From Gemmatimonadales bacterium (GTDB lineage: Bacteria > Gemmatimonadota > Gemmatimonadetes > Gemmatimonadales > GWC2-71-9): a stretch of DNA of 64,000 bases. Of this stretch, positions 9,656 to 19,920 are shown one piece after another; positions within the stretch are counted from its first letter, which is position 1, and the number at the start of each line of letters is the position of its first letter. The translations under genes and the position numbers were made by a program. Location of the stretch: the NCBI GenBank assembly GCA_037189525.1, contig JBBCJC010000002.1, forward strand, positions 1,152,001-1,216,000, in the 5' to 3' direction. Under the pieces are notes generated by a model. It was not told where the DNA came from. It worked only from the letters and a program-made list of their open reading frames with translations, and did not search any database.

Positions 9656-10210
9656 TCAGCGCGTGGTACCCGTGACGTCCGGTTTGAGGCGATGGGCGTA
9701 CTGCGAGCGCAGCTTGGCGACCTTGGGCTCGATCGAAAAGACGCAGTAGGGCTGTTCCTGATGCCGGCGGTAGTAGTTCTGGTGGTATTCCTCGGCGGGA
9801 TAAAACGTCCCGGCCGGTTCGATGGTGGTCACGATCGGATCGCCAAAGATGCCGCGCGCCGTCAGGTCCGCAATGACGGATTCGGCGACCGCCCGCTGCT
9901 CCGCTGAGGTCGGGAAGATGGCCGAGCGGTACTGGGTGCCGCGGTCGGCTCCCTGGCGATTCAGCGTGGTCGGGTCGTGGAAGGCAAAGAAGAGTTCGAG
10001 CAGCTCGCGGTAGCTGAGCATGGCCGGGTCGAAGGTGACCTCGACCGCTTCCGCATGCCCCGTGGTGCCGACGGAGACGCGATCGTAACTCGGATTGCGG
10101 ACTTTGCCGCCGATATACCCCGAGACGACCCGCTCGACACCATCCAATTCCTGGAACACCGCTTCCAGGCACCAGAAACATCCACCTGCCAGTATCGCAA
10201 CTTCGGGCAT
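9656..10210 (-). CDS. msrA: Peptide-methionine (S)-S-oxide reductase
   Basis: GGCFWC active site, [28 protein letters not shown]; start set to ATG 10210. Confidence 0.96.
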   Translation of the reverse strand: MPEVAILAGGCFWCLEAVFQELDGVERVVSGYIGGKVRNPSYDRVSVGTTGHAEAVEVTFDPAMLSYRELLELFFAFHDPTTLNRQGADRGTQYRSAIFPTSAEQRAVAESVIADLTARGIFGDPIVTTIEPAGTFYPAEEYHQNYYRRHQEQPYCVFSIEPKVAKLRSQYAHRLKPDVTGTTR

Positions 10211-10333
10211 GACGATCCCTCGCTGACGCTCGAGGGAACCTAGTCGACTCGGGAGTGCACTTCCACCCGACACATCGAGTGCCGGGTGGGCGCATCGTTT
10301 TCGAGTCAAAGAGCGGCTGAGCCGCCCCGCCGG

Positions 10334-12289
<1,956 letters not shown>

Positions 12290-12605
12290 CGGAGGTCGTG
12301 GAAGAAGTGGGCGAAACGGCAGGGGTGCCGGTTCCTCCCAACATAACCCGAGGCCGGGCCGTTGCCAGGCTTTGCAGGTCGGGCGCGGAGCACCGAGAGG
12401 GCGAGGTGCATGTTTTTGCTCGCCGAGTGCAGTGATGTGCGGCTGCCCGCCGAGCCAAGCTGTGATCTGGTACAGAGTTGCGACGCCGCGCCCACGTTGC
12501 AATCCAAGAGAGTCCGAGCGGACTGCGGTGTGGCATCGATGCGATCGAGCCGATGGCGCGCGAGATAACTCATTGATTCGGGTTGGGTTACTACGCGCGC
12601 CGGTG

Positions 12606-12620
12606 TGGCATCGGACTGGC
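12606..12620 (+). promoter_or_regulatory. Possible sigma54 -24/-12 promoter for the STAS gene
   Basis: TGGCATC-GGAC-TGGC with correct GG-N10-GC spacing, about 55 nt before the ATG. Confidence 0.4.
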
Positions 12621-12674
12621 GATGACACTCGTTCGGGACCAGGCGGGATATCGGTCATAACATCGAAGGACTGC

Positions 12675-12983
12675 ATGCCGACGACGGAAACCAACACGCG
12701 TGTCATCAAAGCCCCGGAAATCTTTGGACTCGAAGTCCGAGGGAGTTTCCGTGATGCGGCGATTGCGTTGCTTGGCGAAATGACGACCAATGGCGGCGCG
12801 CTGGTGATCGATTTCGACGAGACGCGGCGGATCGACTCGGCGGGATTGGGTGCGCTCATGCTGGTGCAGCGGAAGGCTGCCGAGCGGGAACAGCGCGTGG
12901 TGCTGCGTAATCTCCGCGACGAATTCCGCTTCCTGCTCGTTCTCACCAAGCTCGACGATCTGTTCGAAATCGAAGCCAAATAG
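12675..12983 (+). CDS. STAS domain anti-sigma factor antagonist
   Basis: [17 protein letters not shown] phospho-Ser motif; [11 protein letters not shown]-terminus; AAGGA SD. Confidence 0.92.
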   Translation: MPTTETNTRVIKAPEIFGLEVRGSFRDAAIALLGEMTTNGGALVIDFDETRRIDSAGLGALMLVQRKAAEREQRVVLRNLRDEFRFLLVLTKLDDLFEIEAK

Positions 12984-13048
12984 CGGGATTCAGCCTATAT
13001 TTTCGGGGTGCGCGGCTCCGCTCGTTCGCTCCGATTCCGGGACTGATC

Positions 13049-13756
13049 CTGACTGCATCGCCCTCCCTTCTGACCATCGACGACGTCACCCGCCGCTATG
13101 GTACGCGGGTAGTCGTCAACCGGGTCACGCTTGCGGTGAGCGCTGGCGAGATCCACCTGCTGGTCGGTCCCAACGGTTCCGGTAAGTCCACCCTGGCGCG
13201 GCTGGCCGTCGGCCTGCTCAGACCCCACGCCGGCACTGTCGCCATCGGAGGGTCCGATCCGAGAACGGTCGCATCCGTCCGGGCCGGAGTCGGGTTTGCC
13301 GGCCACGAGGCCCAGCTCTACGACGATCTCTCGGCCGAGGACAACCTGCGCTTTGCGGCGCGGCTGACCGGAAGCCGCGATCCGGCCGGCCTGGCGCGCG
13401 AGGCGCTCGAGCGTTTCGGCGCGAGCGGCGAGCGGCGCACTCCGGTTCGACGGCTGAGCCGCGGGTTCATGCAGCGGGTGGCGTTGGCCCGTTCTCTGGT
13501 CCATCGTCCGGGCCTGGTGGTCTGGGACGAGCCGATGACCGGACTCGATACCCCCAGCATTCGCCGGGTAGTCGACGTGCTGGCCGAGGAACAGCGCCGT
13601 GGCACCGCCGTGCTGCTGGTGTCCCACGATCTGCCGGATCTCTGGCCGCTTGCCACGCATGTGCATGTCGTGGTTGGCGGCGAAATCCGGCTCTCGACCG
13701 ACCGGGAGATGCCGCTCGACGCCTTCCGCACCGTGTACGCGGAGCTGGTGGCGTGA
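13049..13756 (+). CDS. ccmA: Heme exporter ABC ATP-binding subunit (start uncertain, probably CTG)
   Basis: Walker A GPNGSGKST, signature LSRGFMQR, WDEP Walker B; directly upstream of ccmB/ccmC. Confidence 0.85.
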   Translation: MTASPSLLTIDDVTRRYGTRVVVNRVTLAVSAGEIHLLVGPNGSGKSTLARLAVGLLRPHAGTVAIGGSDPRTVASVRAGVGFAGHEAQLYDDLSAEDNLRFAARLTGSRDPAGLAREALERFGASGERRTPVRRLSRGFMQRVALARSLVHRPGLVVWDEPMTGLDTPSIRRVVDVLAEEQRRGTAVLLVSHDLPDLWPLATHVHVVVGGEIRLSTDREMPLDAFRTVYAELVA

Positions 13757-14430
13757 CCTTCTGGCGCGCGGTGCTGGTGATTGCCGGCAAGGATGTACAG
13801 GTCGAGCTGGCGGGGAAAACCGCGCTGGCCACGGCGGTGACCTTTGCGGCGCTGGTGCTGGTCATCTTCAACTTCGCGCGCGACCCGGCCGAAGTGACGC
13901 TGGCCACGCTGGCGCCGAGTGTGTTGTGGGTGACCTCGGCCTTTGCGGGCGTGGTCGCGCTCAACCGATCGTTTGCGATGGAACGCCATCGGGGCGCCAT
14001 CGACGGCCTGCTGCTGGCGCCGGTCAGCCGGAGCGCCATCTTCGGCGGGAAGTACCTGGCCAATCTGGCGTTCGTGCTGGTGGTCAACGCCGTCATTCTG
14101 CCGCTCTTCATCCTGTTCTTCAACGTCGACCTGACGCCCGCGCTCGGCTGGGTCGCCCTGGCGTTGGGGCTGGCCGCCGCGGGCTACGTGGCGATCGGGA
14201 CGGTGCTGGCGGCGATGACGGTCCGGACCCGTTTTGCCGAGCTGATGCTGCCCGTGCTGTTGCTCGGGTTCCTGGTACCCCCGGTGCTGGTCGGCGTCCA
14301 GGCGACCACGCGGTTGCTCGCGGGGCGTCCTCCGGGCGAAATTGTGGGCTGGTTCCGATTCCTGGCGCTCTACGATGTGGTGTTCATCACCCTCGGCTTT
14401 CTGCTCTTCCCGGCAACGATGGACGAATGA
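13753..14430 (+). CDS. ccmB: Heme exporter permease
   Basis: KDVQVEL, LNRSFAME..RGAIDGLLLAP, ELMLPVLL motifs. Confidence 0.9.
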   Translation: MTFWRAVLVIAGKDVQVELAGKTALATAVTFAALVLVIFNFARDPAEVTLATLAPSVLWVTSAFAGVVALNRSFAMERHRGAIDGLLLAPVSRSAIFGGKYLANLAFVLVVNAVILPLFILFFNVDLTPALGWVALALGLAAAGYVAIGTVLAAMTVRTRFAELMLPVLLLGFLVPPVLVGVQATTRLLAGRPPGEIVGWFRFLALYDVVFITLGFLLFPATMDE

Positions 14431-15110
14431 CGACTCCGGCTGCGCATGATTCCCTGATCCGTCGGGGTACCGTCCTCACCGTCATCGGGTTGCTGCTGCT
14501 GGCGCTCGTCTACGTGCAGGCCATCTGGTTTACCCCGCTCGAGCGCTGGCAGGGCCAGGCCCACAAGATCCTCTACATCCATGCGCCGGTGGCCTACATG
14601 ACGCTCTCCGCGTTCATGCTGGCAGGCCTGGCGAGCGCGGCCTATCTCTTCTTGCGCGACCGGCGGCTCGACACCTTTGCCGAGGCGTCGTCGGAACTGG
14701 GGCTGGTGTTCGGAGCGGCGATGCTGACGACCGGGCCGCTCTGGGCCAAGCCGATCTGGGGCGCGTGGTGGCAGTGGGAACCGCGGCTGACGCTGACCCT
14801 GCTCCTGGTCCTGCTCTTCGTCGGCTATCGCGCACTGCGCAACGCCATCGATGACCCGGACGAGCGAGCCCGCTACAGCGCCGTCGTCGGGATCATGGCG
14901 CTGGCCATGGTGCCGTTCGTCCACCTGAGCGTCTATCTGTTCCGAACCATCCATCCGCAGCCGGTGCTGCTCAAGCCGAGCCGGCCGGAGATGCCGATCG
15001 AGATGTTGCGCACCCTCCTGTTCTCGATTGCCGTCTTCACCTTCCTCTACATCGGACTGGTGACCCTGCGGTACGCGATTGGCCGGCGTCGGATCGCGGC
15101 GTCGTCATGA
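14427..15110 (+). CDS. ccmC: Heme exporter / cytochrome c biogenesis protein
   Basis: ILYIHAP, Trp-rich WAKPIWGAWWQWEPR, RTIHPQ conserved His; ATGA overlap with ccmB. Confidence 0.92.
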   Translation: MTTPAAHDSLIRRGTVLTVIGLLLLALVYVQAIWFTPLERWQGQAHKILYIHAPVAYMTLSAFMLAGLASAAYLFLRDRRLDTFAEASSELGLVFGAAMLTTGPLWAKPIWGAWWQWEPRLTLTLLLVLLFVGYRALRNAIDDPDERARYSAVVGIMALAMVPFVHLSVYLFRTIHPQPVLLKPSRPEMPIEMLRTLLFSIAVFTFLYIGLVTLRYAIGRRRIAASS

Positions 15111-15229
15111 ACGGCCCTCCCGAGAACGCGCCGTACATGATTGCGGCGTACATCGTCGCGGCGGTGATCGTGGTGGGATATGCGCTCGCACTGATCCGTC
15201 GCGGGCGGCGCGGCGATACCGACGGCTGA
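15107..15229 (+). CDS. ccmD: Small single-TM CcmD-like protein (40 aa; below ORF-track cutoff)
   Basis: MNGPPENAPYMIAAYIVAAVIVVGYALALIRRGRRGDTDG: YxxAAY + TM helix + basic tail, ATGA-coupled to ccmC. Confidence 0.75.
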   Translation: MNGPPENAPYMIAAYIVAAVIVVGYALALIRRGRRGDTDG

Positions 15230-15260
15230 CCTGCCTTCCCGGGAAGGGTGACTTCCCGGC

Positions 15261-15743
15261 CTATCCTTCCAGCGCCCGATAGCCCCCTCGAAAGTAGAGC
15301 AGGGGGCGGCCATCCCGAGCCGTCCCGCCGACCACCCGGCCGATCACGATGGTGTGGTCGCCGACTGCGTAGCGGTCGAAGACCTCGCATTCGATCGTGG
15401 CAATGGTTCCATCGAGCGCAATGCGGCCTGCTTCCGTGGTCTGATAGCCGACGCCTTCGAGCCGGTCCGGTGCCGGCGTACCGGCAAACCGCCGGGAGAG
15501 CGCCTCCTGCTCGTGACTCAGTACATTGACCGTGAACCGATCGGTTGCGGCAATGGTGGCGTGGAATTCGGCGCGATGCTCCACATTGAGGCTGATCAGC
15601 GGCGGGTCGAGCGAAACCGAAGCGAAGCTGTTGGCGGTCATTCCGATCGGCCGGCCGGCCGGGTCGATGGCCGTGACGACGACTACGCCGGTGGCAAAGC
15701 GGCCGCAGAGCGCGCGAAAGTGGGCAGAATCGACATCGGACAT
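15261..15743 (-). CDS. Flavin reductase family protein (RutF/HpaC-like)
   Basis: FATGVVVVT, GMTANSFASVSLDPPL, GDHTIVIG, PLLYFRG; GGAGG SD. Confidence 0.93.
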   Translation of the reverse strand: MSDVDSAHFRALCGRFATGVVVVTAIDPAGRPIGMTANSFASVSLDPPLISLNVEHRAEFHATIAATDRFTVNVLSHEQEALSRRFAGTPAPDRLEGVGYQTTEAGRIALDGTIATIECEVFDRYAVGDHTIVIGRVVGGTARDGRPLLYFRGGYRALEG

Positions 15744-15805
15744 GGTTGGGTACCTCCAGTCGCAAACGGTCCCGGCCGTCCGGCGCGGGAATCTGGCTCT
15801 GGACG

Positions 15806-15821
15806 AGCAGGGCGCGTGCCA
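15806..15821 (-). promoter_or_regulatory. Sigma54 promoter
   Basis: Minus strand TGGCACG-CGCC-CTGCT, one mismatch from TGGCACG-N4-TTGCW, in the intergenic gap upstream of the flavin reductase. Confidence 0.65.
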
Positions 15822-15840
15822 GGCAGCTCGAGGCTCGTCG

Positions 15841-16620
15841 TCAGCCGCCGATGATGAACCAAAGCAGCGCTCCGCCCGCCACGGCAAAAGCGGTGGACGT
15901 GGCGTTCACACCATCGTTGTCGAGCCAGCGCCGGCCGCGCACGGGAGCCGGCACGGTACCGCAGCGATGCGGGGTCGATTCGGTCATTTCGTCGCAGGTC
16001 GCGCAATGATATCGCTTCTGGAAGCGCGACCCCAGCGCCGAATCCAATAGCATCGACACGGTGCCGAGTCCGGTGGCGGCCAGCATCAGGCTGCCTCGTC
16101 CCGTCACACTGGTACCCAGGAGCCCGATCAGGCCCGCGCCCAGGATTCCGGCGGAGATTCCGAGACCGGTCACGCCACCGCTGGTGCCTCGAGGTACCGG
16201 ACGGCGGGTCAGTAGATCTCGCGGAGTGCGGGGGCTCAGGCTCCCCAGCGCGGTGGCCCAGGTGTCTGCGCACGCGGCGGCCAATCCGATGGTCAGGAGC
16301 CAGAGGCCCAGCCCGGGTACCAGCGGTTCGGCCAGAGCGCCCAGCGCCGCGAAGCCGCCGTTGGCCAGCACCTGGCGGTGATTGCGGATCTCCGCCTTCG
16401 CTTCCTCCGCATCGCGCCGGGCCTGGACCGAGAGCCGCGAGGCGACCGATGCGGCGACGAAGTAGGCGCCGAGCACTGCCGCGCCGAGCCAGCCGGTGGC
16501 CCAGAGAATCAGGGAGCCGATGGCCGTGGCAGCGACGGCGCCGCTGGCGCTCAGAGACCGGAGCAGGAAGGCCAGCAGGGCCGCGCCGGCGGACGCCCCG
16601 ATCGCATAGAGGACGGGCAT
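15841..16620 (-). CDS. DUF92 / TMEM19 family membrane protein
   Basis: RNHRQVLANGG, AAACADTWAT, GTSGGVT, DSALGS, DNDGVN motifs; CxxC..HxCG insert. Confidence 0.88.
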   Translation of the reverse strand: MPVLYAIGASAGAALLAFLLRSLSASGAVAATAIGSLILWATGWLGAAVLGAYFVAASVASRLSVQARRDAEEAKAEIRNHRQVLANGGFAALGALAEPLVPGLGLWLLTIGLAAACADTWATALGSLSPRTPRDLLTRRPVPRGTSGGVTGLGISAGILGAGLIGLLGTSVTGRGSLMLAATGLGTVSMLLDSALGSRFQKRYHCATCDEMTESTPHRCGTVPAPVRGRRWLDNDGVNATSTAFAVAGGALLWFIIGG

Positions 16621-16674
16621 TGGGGAAAGTAAACGATTATTTTCTTCGGCCAGCATGCTCCGCGCTCCAATCCG

Positions 16675-17307
16675 GTGAGTGTTCCCACGACCGTCCACGC
16701 GATCGTTCCGCTGTCGCTGCTCGAAGCGATCCGGAACCTCGACACGCCGCCCAACGACGGCCTGCCGGCGGAATTGTCCGAAGAAGCCTTCACCAAGCGG
16801 TTGGGCCTGAGCCCGACGGTGGCGGCTCAGATCGAGCGCTATCGGGAAGCGCTCGAGCACGGGACGCTGATCTCGGACGCGGAAGGGGTCCAGGTGTTTC
16901 GGCTGGCGGGCCGGCGGACCGATGCGGACCTGGTCTATGCCGATGCCGGACGCCGCGCGGCTCGGCATGCGGTGCGGCTTCGCGTCGCTCGCCCCGCCGT
17001 GTTGACCTCGGTGCTGCCCTCGGCCGCGAAGCGACGGGCCGGTCAGCGGCGCGCCGCCCGGGCGCTCCAGCAGGTCTTCGGGGTGCGGCTCGACCTCGAT
17101 GGCGGTACGCTGGTGATGCGGGTCGATCGCAGCCTGGCGGTGCGCGCGGGCTTTGCCGGCTCGGGCTGTGAGTTCTATCGGTCCCTCGCGATGGAGTTGC
17201 TGCGGCTCACCAGCGGCTTCGAAGGGGCCCTGTTTCATCCCGAATGTGAACAGAGCGGCGCGCTCGAGTGCCGCTGGACCGTCGCCGATGCCGACGGATC
17301 CTGGTGA
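16675..17307 (+). CDS. Hypothetical protein with V4R-like C-terminal domain
   Basis: CEFY...ELLRL...HPECEQSGALECRW three-Cys V4R-like pattern. Confidence 0.65.
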   Translation: MSVPTTVHAIVPLSLLEAIRNLDTPPNDGLPAELSEEAFTKRLGLSPTVAAQIERYREALEHGTLISDAEGVQVFRLAGRRTDADLVYADAGRRAARHAVRLRVARPAVLTSVLPSAAKRRAGQRRAARALQQVFGVRLDLDGGTLVMRVDRSLAVRAGFAGSGCEFYRSLAMELLRLTSGFEGALFHPECEQSGALECRWTVADADGSW

Positions 17308-17321
17308 ACGGATCCTGGTGA
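17294..17321 (+). repeat. Perfect 14-bp tandem duplication ACGGATCCTGGTGA x2
   Basis: 17294-17307 and 17308-17321 are identical; the first copy contains the upstream stop codon. Confidence 0.9.
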
Positions 17322-17335
17322 AAGGACGAAATGCG

Positions 17336-18520
17336 ATGCACCATCTGACGGAACTCGACACGGACGCGCTTCGGGCCGGACTCGAAACGGCAGGTGCGGA
17401 CGGATGGTTGCTCTTCGATTTCAAAGGTCTCAATCCGATTGCGCTTCGAATGCTGCGCATCAAGCCGGGCACCCGGCGGATCTTCGTCTATCTGCCTCGT
17501 CAGGGTGCGCCCATTGCCATTGCGCACAAAATCGAGCTGCACGCCGTCGAGGGCTTTCCCGGTGAGATCATTGCGTACGCTCGCTGGGAAGAACTCGGCG
17601 CAGCTATCGAGCGGGTAGTCCGCGGCCGAACCGTCGCAATGGAAGTGTCGATTCGCGATGCGGTGCCCTATCTCGATCGGGTCCCGCTGGGCGTAGTGCA
17701 GCTGATCGAAGCAGCGGGTGGGCAGGTGGTGTCGAGCGCGCCGCTGGTGACCCAGTTCACCGCGCGATGGAGCGCGGCGGAAACCGAGGATCACCGCTAT
17801 GCGGCGGAAATCCTGGCCCGCGTGGCCAAACGGGTCATGGCCGACACCATCGCGGCCGCCGGGACGGGGATCACCGAATCGGCGGTGCAGGCGCAGGTCG
17901 TGGCTCTGCTCGAAGCGGATGGTCTGCGGGTCGATCCCGGTCACCTGCCAATCATCGGCTTCGGACCCAATTCCGCCAATCCGCACTATGAGCCGATTGC
18001 GGGTCGCGATCGGGCGCTCGAACGGAACGAGGTCGTGCTGATCGACCTCTTTGCCGGCCGGACGCTCGAGACCGTCTTTGCCGACCAGACCTGGATGGGG
18101 TTCAGCGGTCCGGCGGCGCCCGACGACGTGCTCGCAGTCTGGAACGTCGTGCGGGATGCTCGCGATGCCGCGATTGCGACCGTGTGGCAGGCTACCCGGG
18201 AGAAACGTCCCCTCAAAGGATTCGAGATCGATCGGGCGGCGCGTGGGGTCATCGAGGCAGCCGGGTACGGTGCGTATTTCGTGCACCGGACCGGCCATTC
18301 GATCGACCGCGACCTCCACGGTTCAGGCCCGCATTGCGACGACTATGAAACGCATGACGACCGGGCATTGGTGCCGGGGGTCGGTTTCTCGGTCGAGCCC
18401 GGCGTGTATCTGACGGGCCGCTTCGGCGTCCGAAGCGAAGTGAACATGTACTGGGGCGCCGACGGGGCGGTGGTGACCCCCGAGGACATTCAGCACACGC
18501 TGATTCTGTCATCCGCGTAG
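17336..18520 (+). CDS. M24 family Xaa-Pro peptidase
   Basis: NSANPHY, LIDL, ADQTW, FVHRTGHSI, FSVEPGVY, GVRSE metal ligands. Confidence 0.92.
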   Translation: MHHLTELDTDALRAGLETAGADGWLLFDFKGLNPIALRMLRIKPGTRRIFVYLPRQGAPIAIAHKIELHAVEGFPGEIIAYARWEELGAAIERVVRGRTVAMEVSIRDAVPYLDRVPLGVVQLIEAAGGQVVSSAPLVTQFTARWSAAETEDHRYAAEILARVAKRVMADTIAAAGTGITESAVQAQVVALLEADGLRVDPGHLPIIGFGPNSANPHYEPIAGRDRALERNEVVLIDLFAGRTLETVFADQTWMGFSGPAAPDDVLAVWNVVRDARDAAIATVWQATREKRPLKGFEIDRAARGVIEAAGYGAYFVHRTGHSIDRDLHGSGPHCDDYETHDDRALVPGVGFSVEPGVYLTGRFGVRSEVNMYWGADGAVVTPEDIQHTLILSSA

Positions 18521-18527
18521 GAGATTC

Positions 18528-19910
18528 ATGAGTAGCTGGTTGGGCCTCCTTGCCGTACTGGCCGCCTGGGCGCCGCAACCGGATACGAGCCTGGTTGTCC
18601 GGCCGGTCCGGTTCTATCGGGCCGATCCAGGGCAGTCGCCGGGCATTACCCAGGTCACGACGCTGCTCCGCATTCCTGCGCAGCTGCCGCAGCCCGGCCC
18701 CGATGGCCAGGTCAGTCTGACATTCTCGATTCTGATTCGCGACTCGACCGGCACCGTCCTCCATCAGCAGAGCTGGCGTCGCCGGACGGCCGTCCCCTTT
18801 CCGCGCGGCGATGCAGAGCGACTCGACCTGATCCGGTTTTCACTCGGCGCGGGCACCTTTGTGCTCGAAGGCACGGTCACCGACTCCGTTTCGGGTGTCC
18901 GGGCGTCTGCTTCGATTCCGATTCAGGGATATCCTGCGCAGCCGTCAGCGTCGGACCTGCTGGTCAGTCCCTGGGTGCGTCCCGTGGCTTCGGTCGATAC
19001 CGTTCCGCAGCCGGGCGAGTTCCGGCGCGGTAATCTGATCGTGGCGATTGCTCCGGAAGTCGTGGTTGGAGGAGCGGACGCGTCGATTGCGTACCTGCTG
19101 GAAACCTATGAGGGAACCAGCCGGGACGGGACGCTGACGGTGGTCGTCACGGATCAGGACGGGGTCGATCGCCGCCGCATCGGTCCGACCCCGATCCGCG
19201 TGGCCGCCGGGATCGGTCAGATTACCGGACAGGTGGAGTTGGGCGACTTGCCCGAAGGGCGCTATCGGCTCCGCACCGACATCGATGTCGGGGGACGTGT
19301 CACCGCGCGCGAGGCCCCATTCGTCTTCGATGCGGCGGTGGCAAACGAGCCCTCGGCGCTGTCCGACGAAGCCTACTTCGGCGCGCTGTCCGGGCCCCTC
19401 CTGGATCAAGCCTTTGCTCCGCTTGCTGCGCTGGCGGCTCCGCGGGAATTGGCGGCCTGGCCGGCACGGGGCTCCGACGCCGACAAGCGCGAGTTCCTCA
19501 CCGCATTCTGGCGTCCGCGCGACCCCACCCCGCGCACAGTGGGCAACGAACGGCGCGCACAGTTCTACGACGGCGTGACCTATGCCAATGCTTTCTACGG
19601 CGATCCGCGTCGCCGTCTGCCCGGCTGGCAGTCGGATCGCGGCCGGGTCTTCCTCCGGGAAGGGCTGCCGACCCAGGTGCTCCGCCGGCAGCAGCGCGGT
19701 TCGGTACCTGCGTATGAAGTGTGGCGCTACTTCGAGCCGGTCGGTCGTTACTACCTGTTCGTCGATCGCGGCGCCGCGGGCGGGTTCCTCCTGACCCGAT
19801 CCAACGACGATCGGGAAGCGCAAGTCGGTCGCTGGCGCGAATGGTTGACTCCCACCGGCGTCCAGGAAGTGGTCGACTTCCTGGGCCGGATGGTGCTCTC
19901 GCCCGACTGA
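18528..19910 (+). CDS. GWxTD domain-containing secreted protein
   Basis: FW..RDPTP.T..NE, YANAFY, GWQSDRGRVFLREGLP, EVWRY. Confidence 0.85.
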   Translation: MSSWLGLLAVLAAWAPQPDTSLVVRPVRFYRADPGQSPGITQVTTLLRIPAQLPQPGPDGQVSLTFSILIRDSTGTVLHQQSWRRRTAVPFPRGDAERLDLIRFSLGAGTFVLEGTVTDSVSGVRASASIPIQGYPAQPSASDLLVSPWVRPVASVDTVPQPGEFRRGNLIVAIAPEVVVGGADASIAYLLETYEGTSRDGTLTVVVTDQDGVDRRRIGPTPIRVAAGIGQITGQVELGDLPEGRYRLRTDIDVGGRVTAREAPFVFDAAVANEPSALSDEAYFGALSGPLLDQAFAPLAALAAPRELAAWPARGSDADKREFLTAFWRPRDPTPRTVGNERRAQFYDGVTYANAFYGDPRRRLPGWQSDRGRVFLREGLPTQVLRRQQRGSVPAYEVWRYFEPVGRYYLFVDRGAAGGFLLTRSNDDREAQVGRWREWLTPTGVQEVVDFLGRMVLSPD

Positions 19911-19920
19911 TTCGCACCGA

